From Selaginella moellendorffii (lineage: Eukaryota > Plantae > Lycopodiophyta): a stretch of 64,000 nt of DNA. The notes under the pieces are model-generated. The model saw only the letters and a program-made list of their open reading frames with translations, ran no database searches and had not been told where the DNA came from. The stretch is taken from positions 856,641-920,640 of the forward strand of contig NW_003314309.1 in the NCBI RefSeq assembly GCF_000143415.4, in the 5' to 3' direction. The position numbers were made by a program, and so were the translations under genes. Every line of letters starts with the position of its first letter. Position 1 is the stretch's first letter. Of this stretch, positions 11,610 through 23,981 are shown piece after piece.

Positions 11610-14600
11610 AGGGAGGCGTCATACTGACATGCAATACTGGGGAATTATGCTTATAAACCAGCTATCCCATTCCAAAAGACTGCAGATGAGGTTTTCAAGC
11701 AGACTGCTTTCCATGGACAATGTGATGGTGACGCCTTTTTGAATACAAAAAGCTGGAACCTATCACAGGGAGATCAATGTACATGGAATCAGTTTCAACC
11801 GTATTGTTGCTGCGATTGCCAGAGATGTGAAGGAGGAATTATCTGGCTTGACTCCTTGTTCTAGTACATGCTTATCAACCTGGACAAGTACTGGGCAGAC
11901 TCAAGCTTGACATCGTCAGACTGCCTCGCCATCTTCCTATCCTTACTCATGGCTAATCCACAAGTGATCCTCTAGATTGCTGCCTTCCTTCAAATCCAAG
12001 AATGGATGCAAGCGGCTGCTATTAAGGTGCCAAAAAAGCCAGCTAACCTGGATCTGGAGTTCATCCCGCATGGACAGACTAAGATGAACATATGTGAGTT
12101 CATCCCTGTCCAACAGTACAAGTCTCCAACGTCCTCACAACACGATGGTAGTGAAAGTAATGTAGCTTTCTCACCTGCACTGTCCTCACAACGCATGCTG
12201 GCAAGGTCTCAAGGCCTACCACCGAATCGGAAACGTGATCACCTCGACGGAAAAACGTCCACAGGACTGACATCACAGGAGACGGGCACACCACCATCAA
12301 TCTCCAAGATGTCTGAGGCCAATGCAAGCTTGAACAAACAAAAGCTATGCAAAAGGCTCGGTGCAAGAAAGCAGCAGTAAATAAATTCTATTTTCTTCTT
12401 CCATGTCGCAAATGTGACTTCGGGTATTGAAAGTTACCTGTCGACTAGTCCTTACGGACACTCTTACCTTACTACCACGATGGCAGGAGGTCGGTATTGC
12501 TAGACCCTTTATCAGTCCCTCTTGTGCTAGTGGAGTTAACTGGGCATTTCGAGTGTACTTAGACCGGACGAGCATAAGGACGAAATTCTTACGTGTTATT
12601 AGTTAAACATACTTAGCCCAGTAAGGAGTTCCCGTCTCGTTTTGTCTTGCACTTGCTAGTGACAAGAACCCTTGCGTATTGAGATTAGTCCCTCAATATC
12701 ACTACATGATAGCTTACCGTGTCTGCCAAACACCCTTGCTATCATGCCCTTTGTGTTGGTCTCATTTCGGTCCCAAATGCTATTTATGGAAAGTGTCCAG
12801 ATTTACTCATTTGGCATATCTACGGAATGTAGAGATCGGCCTGAACACAATGGTGTTCGTCCCGTGTCCAAATTCACAATCTAGCGCCATTCCATATTTA
12901 GTAAGTTTTGAGCTTGTCCCAGAGACTAACTCCTGGTACTAAGGGGGTGAAAGCCCAAAGCGTGTGTTCCTCAAGGGGGGGGGGGGGCTTGTGGGGGGTT
13001 CCAAATGTATAGTAGGGATAGTGGGTAGGTCGGGCATGGCCGACCAACCTAAGGCATAGTCTAGCTCCTGCTTGCGTGCCTGTCCTTGTTCTGCGTCCGG
13101 CTTGGGTCTAAGCCCAAGTTTCATTCCATGCTAGCTGGTGGAGTACCCATGTCCTCGCGTTAGGCCACCGGTATGCCGAAATAGCGCTAGACTCCGCTGG
13201 TCCTGGCATTGGGATGCTGGTTACTCTAGGACTGCTTCAAGTCGCTCCGGGCCCCTGTCCCTTCACTCTTTGGGCTTTATGCTTGGGAGTTGCTCCGTGG
13301 TTCGGTTCCATCACTCCTTGGCTCCATGCTTGGGAGTTTGGCACCGTTCCTTCGTTCAGTGGCCCAAGGCCCTGAACCTCGGGTTCCTATGGACACGTGG
13401 CATGTGACACGTGGCATCTGTCACGTGGCACAAAGAGTAGGTTCCGCTTTGTGGTGTTATCCTATGGTAAATCACCATAGGATAAAGGGTAAAAACCACG
13501 TGCGCTACATTCCATGATTGGCAACTAATGAAAATGCTCTTGTGATTGCTTATACAGTGTACTTTACACTACATCCATCATTTGGCCAGATGAAAATGGC
13601 TGGTCAAAGAGGGAATGGAAAGCGAACAAAAATTCATACACCTCCGATATATCAGTGCCGGATTTGAGAGGATTAGTATCCAAACTCTCATGAGGGAGTG
13701 TCTGGAATTGATTGGCCTAGACACAGAACTCTTGGATCCCATTGTATTTGGTTGGAGGTATGAGCCCCAGATCAAACATGACTTTTATAAACCTGAAGAG
13801 GTTTTTTGCAACTAGGACACTCTTGAGCCCCTTGTTTGTGAATGCAAACGATAGCCATGGGTGACCTACCTTGACGAGACTGGCCATGTACGAACACTAG
13901 ATCCAAAGATCCTTGGTTCATGAGCACTCATGGCTGTCATCGAGAAAAGCCTCAATCACATCACTCCAAAACCACTCCAAACAGCAAAAATTATTGCTGA
14001 AATTTGTGAAGCTTGGGATCAGATTGCTAGTGTAATCCCAGATGTTTATATTTGCAACTGGCCAAGTAATAAAGTGGCTGTTAAACAGCATATCAACTAC
14101 CAAATCCGAATAGCATTACAAAATTGCCAAATCACCCCGACTGTAGGTGTGATGACCACCCCTGAGGCACAATGGCAATTGGAGTGGGTACATAAACACT
14201 TATACATCAGTGGTGCCAATAAAGTGGCTAACACACCCACCTTCTTTTTCATAATGTTAGCCCACGGGGAAGCACTTGAATAGTGAAGACTTCTCACTCG
14301 CGGTCTCAAACAATAATGTCTCTAAAGCACCTGAGAAAGTTGTAAAAAAATTGCTCGGCAACCCACTCCTACAAGAACTTCCACCTCAGCAACTAGATCT
14401 CCCTTACCTCATGGGAATCTATAAAGTGCACAAGAACAAAATGCGTTGGTTGACAAATGCAAATGGATGTATCTTCTCAGAAATCACAATCTGCCTAACA
14501 GCCATCCTAAAAGGGATACAGGAGGCACTACAAAACATAGTTGATGATTTCTATGCATGGGCAAAGTTCTTTAGAGGAAAGATGAACACATGCTAAATCC

Positions 14601-15669
14601 TTGGATCCACACAAGAGTTCGAGATCAATCTCCCAGATAAAATCACAACGATCTACACAAAGATATCACCAAGTGCTATGAGGCCTTTCCCCTTGAGGGA
14701 AACCAAAACCTTATGATGGCTATGATACATCTTATCACTTTAGCCTTCGTGCACCAAAATCACTTCCAAAAAGACTTTTTTCTAATTCAAAAGAAGAATA
14801 GCAATCTTGAGGCTGAATGGAAACCTCTACAGCACTCATCAGTAAAGGCTACCAGAATGGATCCAACAAAAGTCATCGAGCTAAATAACTTCATCAACCG
14901 GAACACATATGTCCGGTTGGGAAACAGAGTATGGAGACAAGTCCGAGGAATTCCCATGGGCTTCTCTTGCTCACCTTTGTGGTGTAAATTGTACCTCTTC
15001 TACTTCAAGTACAATTTTCTTACTCAACTTGCATGTCTAGGCCAGTATGATTTACTTTGCCTTTTCGAGCACATCTTCAGGTACATAAATGATCTGGTTT
15101 TGATGAACAATCTCATGATCCTCCACTTCTTTGACCCTGATCAAATCGAGTCCGAAGGAAATCCATTCTGGATATATCCACTATGATTCCTTGCCATGCA
15201 AAATGAGATGGACAATCCATTCATAGGCACGGACAGATCACTAGTGAACCTGTCTACTCATTTCTTGATCCTTCAGATCCAGATCATACGGGTTCACAAT
15301 ACTTTTTTAACCACAAAATATGATAAGCGCCGATCACTTCCATTCAAAGTCTCGATGTACATTCATCAAGATTCAAACTGACCCATGACAAACTCATCTA
15401 AAGTAATCCTGGGACAAGTCTTTGCACTTTTCTATCTGATTAATATTGCTGGTGGTATCGTCCTTGAGATTGATAATCTCATTGAATGCTTCGTGGAAAA
15501 AGGATTCCATCATTATGCATTAAGACAACTTATCCTTCATGGTCTGGACAGAATTATTTTGACCAGCCCCTTAACACCGGTGCAAGTAGTGCTTGATATT
15601 CTCTTTGACATCTGGAGAGAGCTGGCCAATCACCCACCACAGCTCGACGACTCAGCAAACTCAAGCTGA
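11610..15669 (+). mobile_element. Degenerate Penelope-like element (PLE) reverse transcriptase ORF, split by a solo LTR
   Basis: CECK..GHVRTLDP, GANKVANT, LPYLMGIYKVHK, DITKCYE, RQVRGIPMGFSCSP, FRYIND (decayed YIDD), YDKRRSLPF..SN; frame continuous across the LTR after removing one TSD; several stops. Confidence 0.85.
12404..13509 (+). mobile_element. Solo LTR, 1,106 bp
   Basis: TGTCGCAAAT...GTGCGCTACA with perfect TSD TTCCA (12399-12403, 13510-13514); orientation from the PPT at 8289. Confidence 0.95.
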
Positions 15670-17139
15670 GAGTTAGGGATTCTATCTTCTAAACAATAAA
15701 ATCCATCACTTGGTCATTATATCGAAATATAATAGATTCAGTTTCTATGCATTTTGGGACTGAGAACAACAAAAGAACAAGTTCCCCCAAACTTACCATG
15801 AAGTTCTTGGTTATGCTTTGAACAAAATGTGTAAGTGAACCATTGATTACATTTGTGCTTTGATTGATAAATGGAAAATACAACACAAGCTCTACTCTCT
15901 CATTAGAAGACAAATCCCATGCTTTGATAACAAAAAGTTTTTCTTTAAAAATAATTCTTAAAGAAAATCTTGTTTACAGAAAACTCTGTTATCCCATTGA
16001 CAAGTTAATAGGACACATAAGTAGACGTGGCATGGTAAAAAACAAAACTTTGGATTCTTCACAAAATCTCTCACTGAGAGACATGCTGTACAAATAGGCA
16101 AACCTAATTACAAGCTATAGCTATTCGACTTCATGGCTGCAGGCACTGGATTTTCTCACACCAAAAGGTATGAAGCGATGGGAAAAACCCTAATGTTAGG
16201 GTTTCTTGCCTGCATCCGCCACCGCTGCATTCTCCAGGAGCGCATCCACAAGCAGAGGGAGGTTGGGCTGCTGCAAGGCTGTGTGCTGTTCCTTGCCCAC
16301 TCCAGGATCAATAGCCGCTTCGTTGCGCACTGCAAGAATGAGTAGCGCCAACGAAGTGTTTGCTTGGGTATAACTCAAAACGAGCTTACACCCACCACTA
16401 AGGTCACGAGGAATCTCACTACCACATTCCTGGCTATGCAAAAACTAGTACAAATGATTTGGTTTCTGCATTTCTCTTCACCTCTGGCCTGTAGGAACTC
16501 TTTTCGGCTAGAATGCTGGAACTTAGCGCCACAGCAACACAAGGGGCTTTCATTCCTTGTGATATCATCTGATCCAGTATCTAATCATCCCCTCAGAAAA
16601 AGATAGGATGGCAATGACTGGACTAGGCGGTGAGATCCATGAGTCAACAGATAGTGATCAAGCTGAGCATGTTCCCTAGTTCTAGTCCTTGGAAGTCATT
16701 TATGATGTGTGGCCTGGACATGTACCTAAGTATATTGGCTCATGAGCATCAGTCGTGCAAGTCTCAATTCATTCTTGAATTCTAGCTTTGTACTTTCACA
16801 AAAAAAATGAGAGATAGAGCTAGTGGAGATTGCACTACTAATCCTCATCTTCCATGATACAAGTACCCCCCGGACACCCAAACCGTAGGAGGTGACATAG
16901 GAAATGTTTGGAGAGATCATCTTGGTCATGGTTGGTACTGGGTTACGGGCAGATGATCCTACACCTCGAATGAATGTACCGAAAATGGCCTAGTCAATCT
17001 GCTTAACCAAAATTGTGCTAGATATTGTCTAACACCATTTTGTGTGTAGGTGCTGGATATGGGGAGCTGGTGCTCATGGGATTGTACCAGACCCTCATTT
17101 CATAGCGCAACGGGCTTAGAGTTTAGCTCCAAATTCAGG

Positions 17140-20100
17140 TGCACTATATTTGGTATTAGAGGAATTGTCTCAACAATTCCTATCCAACTTTTATCGGACT
17201 TTTTGACTCAAGTTGCATACGTAGAGACTTTTCTAGTAGATTTGAAGCAACCTGTGTAGGATTAGTTGGATTGCACCATTCAGTAAGAATGTTGTATGCA
17301 TGTTCAGTTACTGTTAAAGGCATGCATGCAGTTAGTGGGATGGTGAAAAGAAATTGTATTGATGATGCTGAAACCTTTAGATGAGCAAATTGAGAGGAGG
17401 AAACTCCTGCTAGGGATGCTACAGAAGAGGTTGAGGCTAAGTTAGAAGAGAAAGAGCCAGATGCTACAGCACTACAGCGTACAACTCAAAAAGTTGAGAT
17501 TGAGAATTTGCAAAGGGAAATTTGCAAATTGAAGGAGAACAAGAAGAGAAAGAAAGAAGCTAAGGCAGCTAAATCAGCTAAACCTAAGCAACCGGACTCC
17601 TCTTCAAGTTCTAAGGACGATGAAATTCTGCAACCACCCCCAATTGCACGAGTTTCAAAGTTCAAGCCTTTGAAACCACCCAATTTCAGAGGCATGCGAG
17701 ACTATCAGGTTTTGGAAGATTGGGTCTACAATATGGAAAACTATTTCATAGCAGCAAACGTAGATGATCATACGAAAGTTGCCTACATGCAATCTTTTCT
17801 CACCGATCATGCCAAAACTTGGTGGCACTAGGTGTGTGCTGAAAAAGGGCAAACTAGAAATTGGACCAAGATGTGGTCTCGTATCCGTAAGAAATACTTG
17901 CTGGATGATCTTGGTCTGAGACTTCGTGTGGAGCTACGGTGGTTAAAGCAACGAGGGGACCTTATGCATTACATTAATGTGTTTGCTTAAAAGCGCATTA
18001 TGATTGCAAATATGAGTGACGAAGATGCTCAAAGTTATTTCTTGGAAGGTTTGAGTTCACTTTCTCGCAATGAGATTTTGAAGTTTAAGCTGAAGACATA
18101 CCTAGAGTATAAAGAGCAGTGCAGCAAGTTGCCTTTAGTCACTTGCTCATGGAACAATATCAACATCCGTATGCTGGTACCTCAGACAAAAATAAGAATT
18201 CTGGGATTAAACGTCGGAAATAGAGATTGGAAACAAAGGGTGGAAGAAAGGTTCTACCTTGGATGCTCACATGCAACGGTTAACAAAGGTGGTGGTGGTT
18301 GGAGACCACCAGCAGCTTTTTCTAGTCTTAGGCCTTTTGTTCCTCCTCCTGGTGGGTACAAGCAGTAGCAACCTGCAAAACCTGCTCCTAGTGGAATAGG
18401 TAGTGTGGTCATTGTTTCCATTGTGGAGAGTTAGGACATAGGTCCTTGGTATGTCTCAACAAGCATAAGATAAGGTCTCGTGTTAATGTCATGAGGGAAA
18501 ACGGTGGTGGTGAAGCTGAAGGGGTTGATGAGTTGGTCAATACAAACTATAAGGAAGAGGAGGTGAGTTACTTTCATTACTTTCTTCAAACTTTTCTTGC
18601 AGTTAATGCAAACACTGATCCATTGATGTATTTGGTAGGTTTTGTCCGCAGACACCAAATCTAAGTGATGATTGACATGAGATTTACGTATAATGCGATA
18701 TCTGAAGACTTAGTTAAGTTGTTAGGATTGAATGCTGAGCAAATGTCACCTATACACTTCTGGTTTACTAAAGGTGGGCAAGTAGCCAGAAAATTTGTGA
18801 GTGATGTTTCAATAAAAATATCCAAGTGGAAAGAAAGAGTGGACTTAGTAATGTTGAAGATACCAGATTTTTATATGGTGTTTGGTATGGATTTCATCAA
18901 CAAATATATTAAAGGGATTTATAGTGCTGGACAAAATTGTATTGCATTGAAGTCAGAAGGACGTCCAATGTGTCTTTCCAATTGCAAAAGTGCTCCTCAA
19001 AGGATTAGGATGCTAAGTTCTTGACTGGGAGAGTTGCTCAAAAAGCAGCTAAGAAGGGATATTAGACTTTTTGGGTTCAAGTGATGGTAACTCAATTTGA
19101 ATCAGTGACAGGGTTGATTTTGTACTAAAGAAGATATTGGAGTTATTGGCACGGAATCAGGATATCTTCCCGAAGGATTTGCCGCCATAGCTACCTCCTA
19201 GTTGTGAGATTGATTATCGGATTGAGGTCATTTTGGGTTCTAAACCACCTACAAAAGCTCCATATTGTTTGAACATCAAGGAGATAGTTGAACTCAAGAA
19301 GTAACTTATGGAGCTTCTTGACAAAGGTCATATCTGACTAAGCAAGTCACTTATGGAGCACCAGCCCTTTTTGTTATGAAAAAGGATGGAACCATGAGGA
19401 TATGTATCAACTATCGAGCACTCAACAAGATCATGGTCAAAATAATTACTTTTTGCTTTGCATTGATGAATTGTTTAACCAACTCTAAAAGACTAAGTAT
19501 TTTATGCAACTTGATTTGCGATCCGGGTATCATCAAATATGGGTGGCAGATCAGGATGTGGAGAAGACATTCTTTAAGACTCGATATAGATCTTATGAGT
19601 TCCTTGTCATGCCGTTATGCAATGCTCTAGCAATGTTCAGCACTATGATGGATAGAATATTTGGAGATTATATTTGGAGATGTTTTAGTTTTCAGTGAAA
19701 CATTGGAGGATCATTTGAAACACTTGGAGCTGGTGTTTTAGAAATCACATGAATACAAATTGTATGCTAAAGAAAGTAAATGTGCTTTTGGACAATTGCA
19801 CATAAACTTTCTCAAACATATAGTTGGTGGTGGTGTAATTAAGGTGGATTCAAAGAAGGTGGAAGAGGTGAAGTCTTGGGAAGTCCCAATCACTGTATCA
19901 GATGTTTGTTCCTTTCTCAGTTTGGCGAGATACTATCGAAGTTGGCAGTGTAGAGGAACTAGGTTCCTAAACTGTGATTTGTAGCGCACTTTAAGTAAGC
20001 ATGGGGAGTCACACCAGACATCTTGGGTGATGCCATCCGTAGATGCATATACAGAGGTTGGGTTTGAGTCCCAACCCTTTAGTGCTTGGGTTCGAGTCCC

Positions 20101-22480
20101 AACTCACTAGGGCATGGTGATGGGTTGAAATATGAGGACACTCATTTTTCGATGGTCATGGACTCTCAGTAAGGAGACTAGCTTGGGCACACCACCAAAC
20201 AAGGGATGCCCCAAAGTCGTGATACACGGTTAGATTGCTTGATGTAAAAGCTTGGTATATCTAAGTTGAACACTTTGGTGCAAGTGGCACCAAAGATGTG
20301 ATGAATGAGATGGGGACACCCAGTCTTAGTTGCCATGGACCCTTGGCCGGAAGGGTTGACTTGGGCGTACTGCCAAGTGTGGGGTGTCAAGACGGATCTA
20401 AGGAAGGTGGCTGTGGTGGAAAACTAGCCTACACCGACTATAGTGGCTAAATTACGCAATTTTCTTGGTATAGCTAGTTACTACCGATATTTCCAGCATA
20501 TGTTTGCAGAGGTGGCTATTCCTTTGACACGGTTGTTGTGTAAGAACGTGCCATTCGAGTGGAAGAAGCCGTAAGAGGAGAGTTTTGTGGCGTTGAAACA
20601 ATTATTGAGCGAGACTCTAGTGCTTTGCATTGCTGATCCATCAAAACCTTACGATGTGACATGCGATGCAAGTGGTTATGCATTAGGAGGAGTTCTCATG
20701 CAAGAGGGATAGCTTATCGTAAGAGTTGAACTTTGAATCCTGCGGAACAACGTTGTTCCACATATGAACAAGAGTTACTCTCTATTGTTTATGCTTTGCG
20801 GACGTGGTGGCATTATCTTTATAGTGCAGTGTTTGTGGTGTTGACGGATCACAAACCACTTGTGTATCTTTTCACATAGAAGGAGTTGAACACTAAGCAA
20901 GTTCATTGGATGGTCAAACTCATGGAGTTTGGGGAGTTTTCTATTGAGTATCATCCGGGAAAATCAAATGTGGTGGCAGATGCTTTATCTTGTGTTCGTC
21001 ATGTGACGGCATTACAAACACGGTTTTGTCATCATTTGAGTAAAGTGGGTAGTGAGTTTAGGTAGTTGGTTGAGCATACTCAAACTCAAGATGCTAAGGT
21101 AGTCTTTTTACGAGACCAGATGGACGCCCCTTTCTCATTGGTGGATGGGATTCTTTACTATAATGGCCATATATATTTGCCATGGGTGGATGCATTAATT
21201 ACTCAAGTTTTATACCACTATCATGATCGTCTAGAGGCCGGTCATTTTGGGGGGAAGAAAATGTATGAGTTGATTAAGCGCAATTTTTATTGGAGGAATA
21301 TGAAGATTGATATCCTCGAGTATTGTAAATCATGTGAATTCTATCAGCGGGTTAAGGTACCATGAGAGAGGCCGAGGAGACTTTTGCAACCTTTATCTAT
21401 TCCTCAAAGTTGTTAGTGTAATATTTCTATTGACTTCATCACTTGTTTGCCACAAACACAAAGGCAAAAGGAGAAAGTATGGGTTATTATAGATTAGTTG
21501 ACAAAGTATGTGTGGTTGTTGGCTCTTTAGAAGACAGTCACTGCCTCAAACTTGGCTGCGGTCTACTTGGAGAAGGTTTTTTCTGATTTTGGTTTGCTGG
21601 AGGACATCATTGGTGATCAAGATTCAAAGTTCACAAGTGGATTTTGGAAGAGCTTTACGAAGGCTATGCAAGTGACTTTGAAACTCTTGAGTGGAGATCA
21701 CCCTCAGATGAATGGGCAAACTGAATGTGTGAATCAGGTGGTGGAGGATATATTATGTTGTAGCGTTGGTCAAAGGCAAGGACAATAGGATCTATATCTT
21801 CCGTTCGTGCAATTTAATTATAACAATAGCCAACACAGTGGAACTAAGTTACGTCCTTACTTTGCCATATTTAAAAGGCATCCCCAAACAAATATGGAGT
21901 TGGGATTGCATTTGAGTAAGAACGTTCAAGATAAACTTGATTTAGAGGTGATTGATTTAACCACAAAACTTGATGAGATTCTAGTGGTGTGCAAACGAAA
22001 TTTGTAGGCAGCTCAGGATAGAGCGGACAAGTTTGCTAATGAGCATCGTCAATTCCGGAAATATAAGGTGGGTGATCTTATCTTTGTGCAAGTGATCTTT
22101 CCATCAAGTGAGCAGTGGAACACCTTGGTGCATTTACAGACAAGGAAGAATGACAAACTTTCCCATTGATATGCTGGTCCATATAAAATATTGGAGCGCA
22201 TTGGTAAAGCAGCTTATCAGGTGCAGCTGCTAGCTGGGTTGAAAACTCATCCGGTATTTTATGTTAACTAGTTGAAAGGTGTATTATCTTGGAGTGATGA
22301 GCCCAATGCCTCCTACAGCTATGGAAGATGGTCCAAGAGCTTGAGCAGGGTTCCCCAGAAAGGGTGATCACTGGTACAACTTGTCCTTGGGACAAGGACT
22401 TTGTTGGGGGGGAAGAATTGTTAAGTGTCAACTTTGACCATGTGAATGTCGGTCAAAGGGAGGTTGAATGGTATATTAAG
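17140..22480 (+). mobile_element. Degenerate, probably chimeric Ty3/Gypsy retrotransposon
   Basis: LTR end GTGCACTATA + PBS TGGTATTAGAG (17151); gag KPPNFRG..AKTWW, CFHCGELGHRSLVC knuckle (~18413); protease, [19 protein letters not shown], RNase H CDASGYALGGVL, integrase HHCC region and YAGPYKI; PPT 22406-22418 then TGTTAAG. Full 5' LTR extent not resolved. Confidence 0.93.
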
Positions 22481-22499
22481 GCATGTTAGGGTAAGGGAT

Positions 22500-22792
22500 T
22501 TAACCTACCCTAGGGCTCATAGTAGAGCGAGTATTCTTTTGCTTTGTGTAGAGAACAATAGGCCTAATCATGATCGTTTGTTGCACAAGAGATATGAAAG
22601 TGGTGATGAAATTGTTACATAGGGAGTACGTTGGTGAGGAAGATATTGCACAAGGAGCTATGTAAGTTGAGGAATTGGTGGCGTAGTGGAGCTTTTGAGG
22701 TAGCTTGGGGGTGGATGGGTGGTGAGGAACCTCAAGAGGTGGCGTAGCATAGTTTAGGGTGACTATATCTCTATCTTTTTGCACTAGATCAT
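22500..22792. repeat. Second copy of the 11014-11326 repeat
   Basis: TTAACCTACCCTAGGGCTCA terminus and GGTGAGGAACCTCAAGAGGTGGCGTAGCATAGT are shared. Confidence 0.7.
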
Positions 22793-23580
22793 AACAACTT
22801 CATCTTGCATCGCAGTCCTTCAGGTTTACTTTTGATTTCCAATAATTCCATGAATTGTTGAAGATAACCCAAAGCATTATAAAAGTTGAGTTTCATTTAA
22901 AATAAGTAGGAAGTTAAATGTAAGGAGTTAGACCCTCAAGGAAAAAAACCACAATGGGAAAAATCTTGAGAGAAGAACTCCTAGATATTTTTTATGTCAT
23001 TTCTTGCTCTTGAAGTTCCCCCTGCAAGAAACAAATATAAAGTGTTGTGCAAACAAAAAGGCTTCTTACTAGAGTTCTCTTAAACTTGTAGGATTATTTA
23101 GGACTTTCATACCTTTCTTCTTTTTCTTCTTCGGTTTCTTTGTTTCTTTCTCGGGAGGGAGAAACAAATCAGTAATCCTTGCTTCACTTGGTTTGCCTTT
23201 TGCTTTTTTGATCACATCATCATCATCATTCACATCAGTACTACTCCCACTATCACTGGAGCTGTTTGAATAGGGATCATGTCCCATTTCTTTCCCCACA
23301 GGCCAGCCAGTTGCTTTCTCTCCTAAAAATTTTAGCTTACAATTACTTTTTGATGAGCATGAACAAAAGAAGAACTGCACCTCCAAGTAATACTGCTTGA
23401 GATAAAAGATGTAGAAAAGCTAGGTATCCACTCCAAGATGCAAAGGCATCATAATTTTCAAAGCCCAGCTTTGCTTATCCTATGTTCTTAGTGCGAGAAG
23501 ATTTGAGAGTACCCTTTGACCACCACTCTGCGTTCTTTCCATTATTAGAGAGTTGATATTCAACAATTATTTACATGCCA

Positions 23581-23789
23581 AGAGGACTAAGTAGACTCTA
23601 TTATATATGAACATTTAAGTTATTTAAGCAAAGTCAACAATAACAACAAGAAGAACAACAGCAAAGAGGACTAAGTAAACTCTATTATATATGAATAGTT
23701 AAGTTATTATCTAAGTAAAGTCAACAAACAACAACAATGATCTAGGACTAAGTAAACTCTATTATATATGAATAGTTAAGTTATTATCT
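23581..23789. repeat. Tandem repeat, three ~80-bp units (last partial)
   Basis: AGGACTAAGTA(A/G)ACTCTATTATATATGAA recurs at ~23583, 23667, 23744. Confidence 0.9.
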
Positions 23790-23981
23790 GCAAGCTAGGC
23801 TTGGGCCAGGTTCGGCATCTCCAACACTCGCATTCTTCGGAGAGTGGCTATGGCGGACGAGGGCGTGCGGCATTCTCGCACTAGCTAGGGTAGGCGCTGG
23901 CGAAATTTCGGCTGGCATTTGGCGACAGTAGCTTCTGATCGATCGGCACCTTGCTCGTGCGCCAATTCGGTGCCAGAAGCC

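Noticed and set aside
12560-12600. Hammerhead-like CCGGACGAGCATAAGGACGAAA in the LTR (possible retrozyme)
   Set aside because: No CUGANGA core or proper stem II, and the other three LTR copies lack GAAA.
15670-15680. GTTAGGG just after the PLE stop as telomere association
   Set aside because: A single imperfect heptamer is expected by chance; no array.
16133-16606. Short ORFs and an AAACCCTAA/TTAGGGTTT palindrome
   Set aside because: Possible gene fragment, but no recognisable domain or complete structure.
22960-23560. Lys/Asp-rich - strand ORF with possible splice sites
   Set aside because: Contains a stop, low complexity, family not identifiable; probably TE debris.
23581-23789. CRISPR-like repeat-spacer pattern
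   Set aside because: Eukaryotic context, spacers are related AAC-rich sequence, no cas genes; ordinary tandem repeat.
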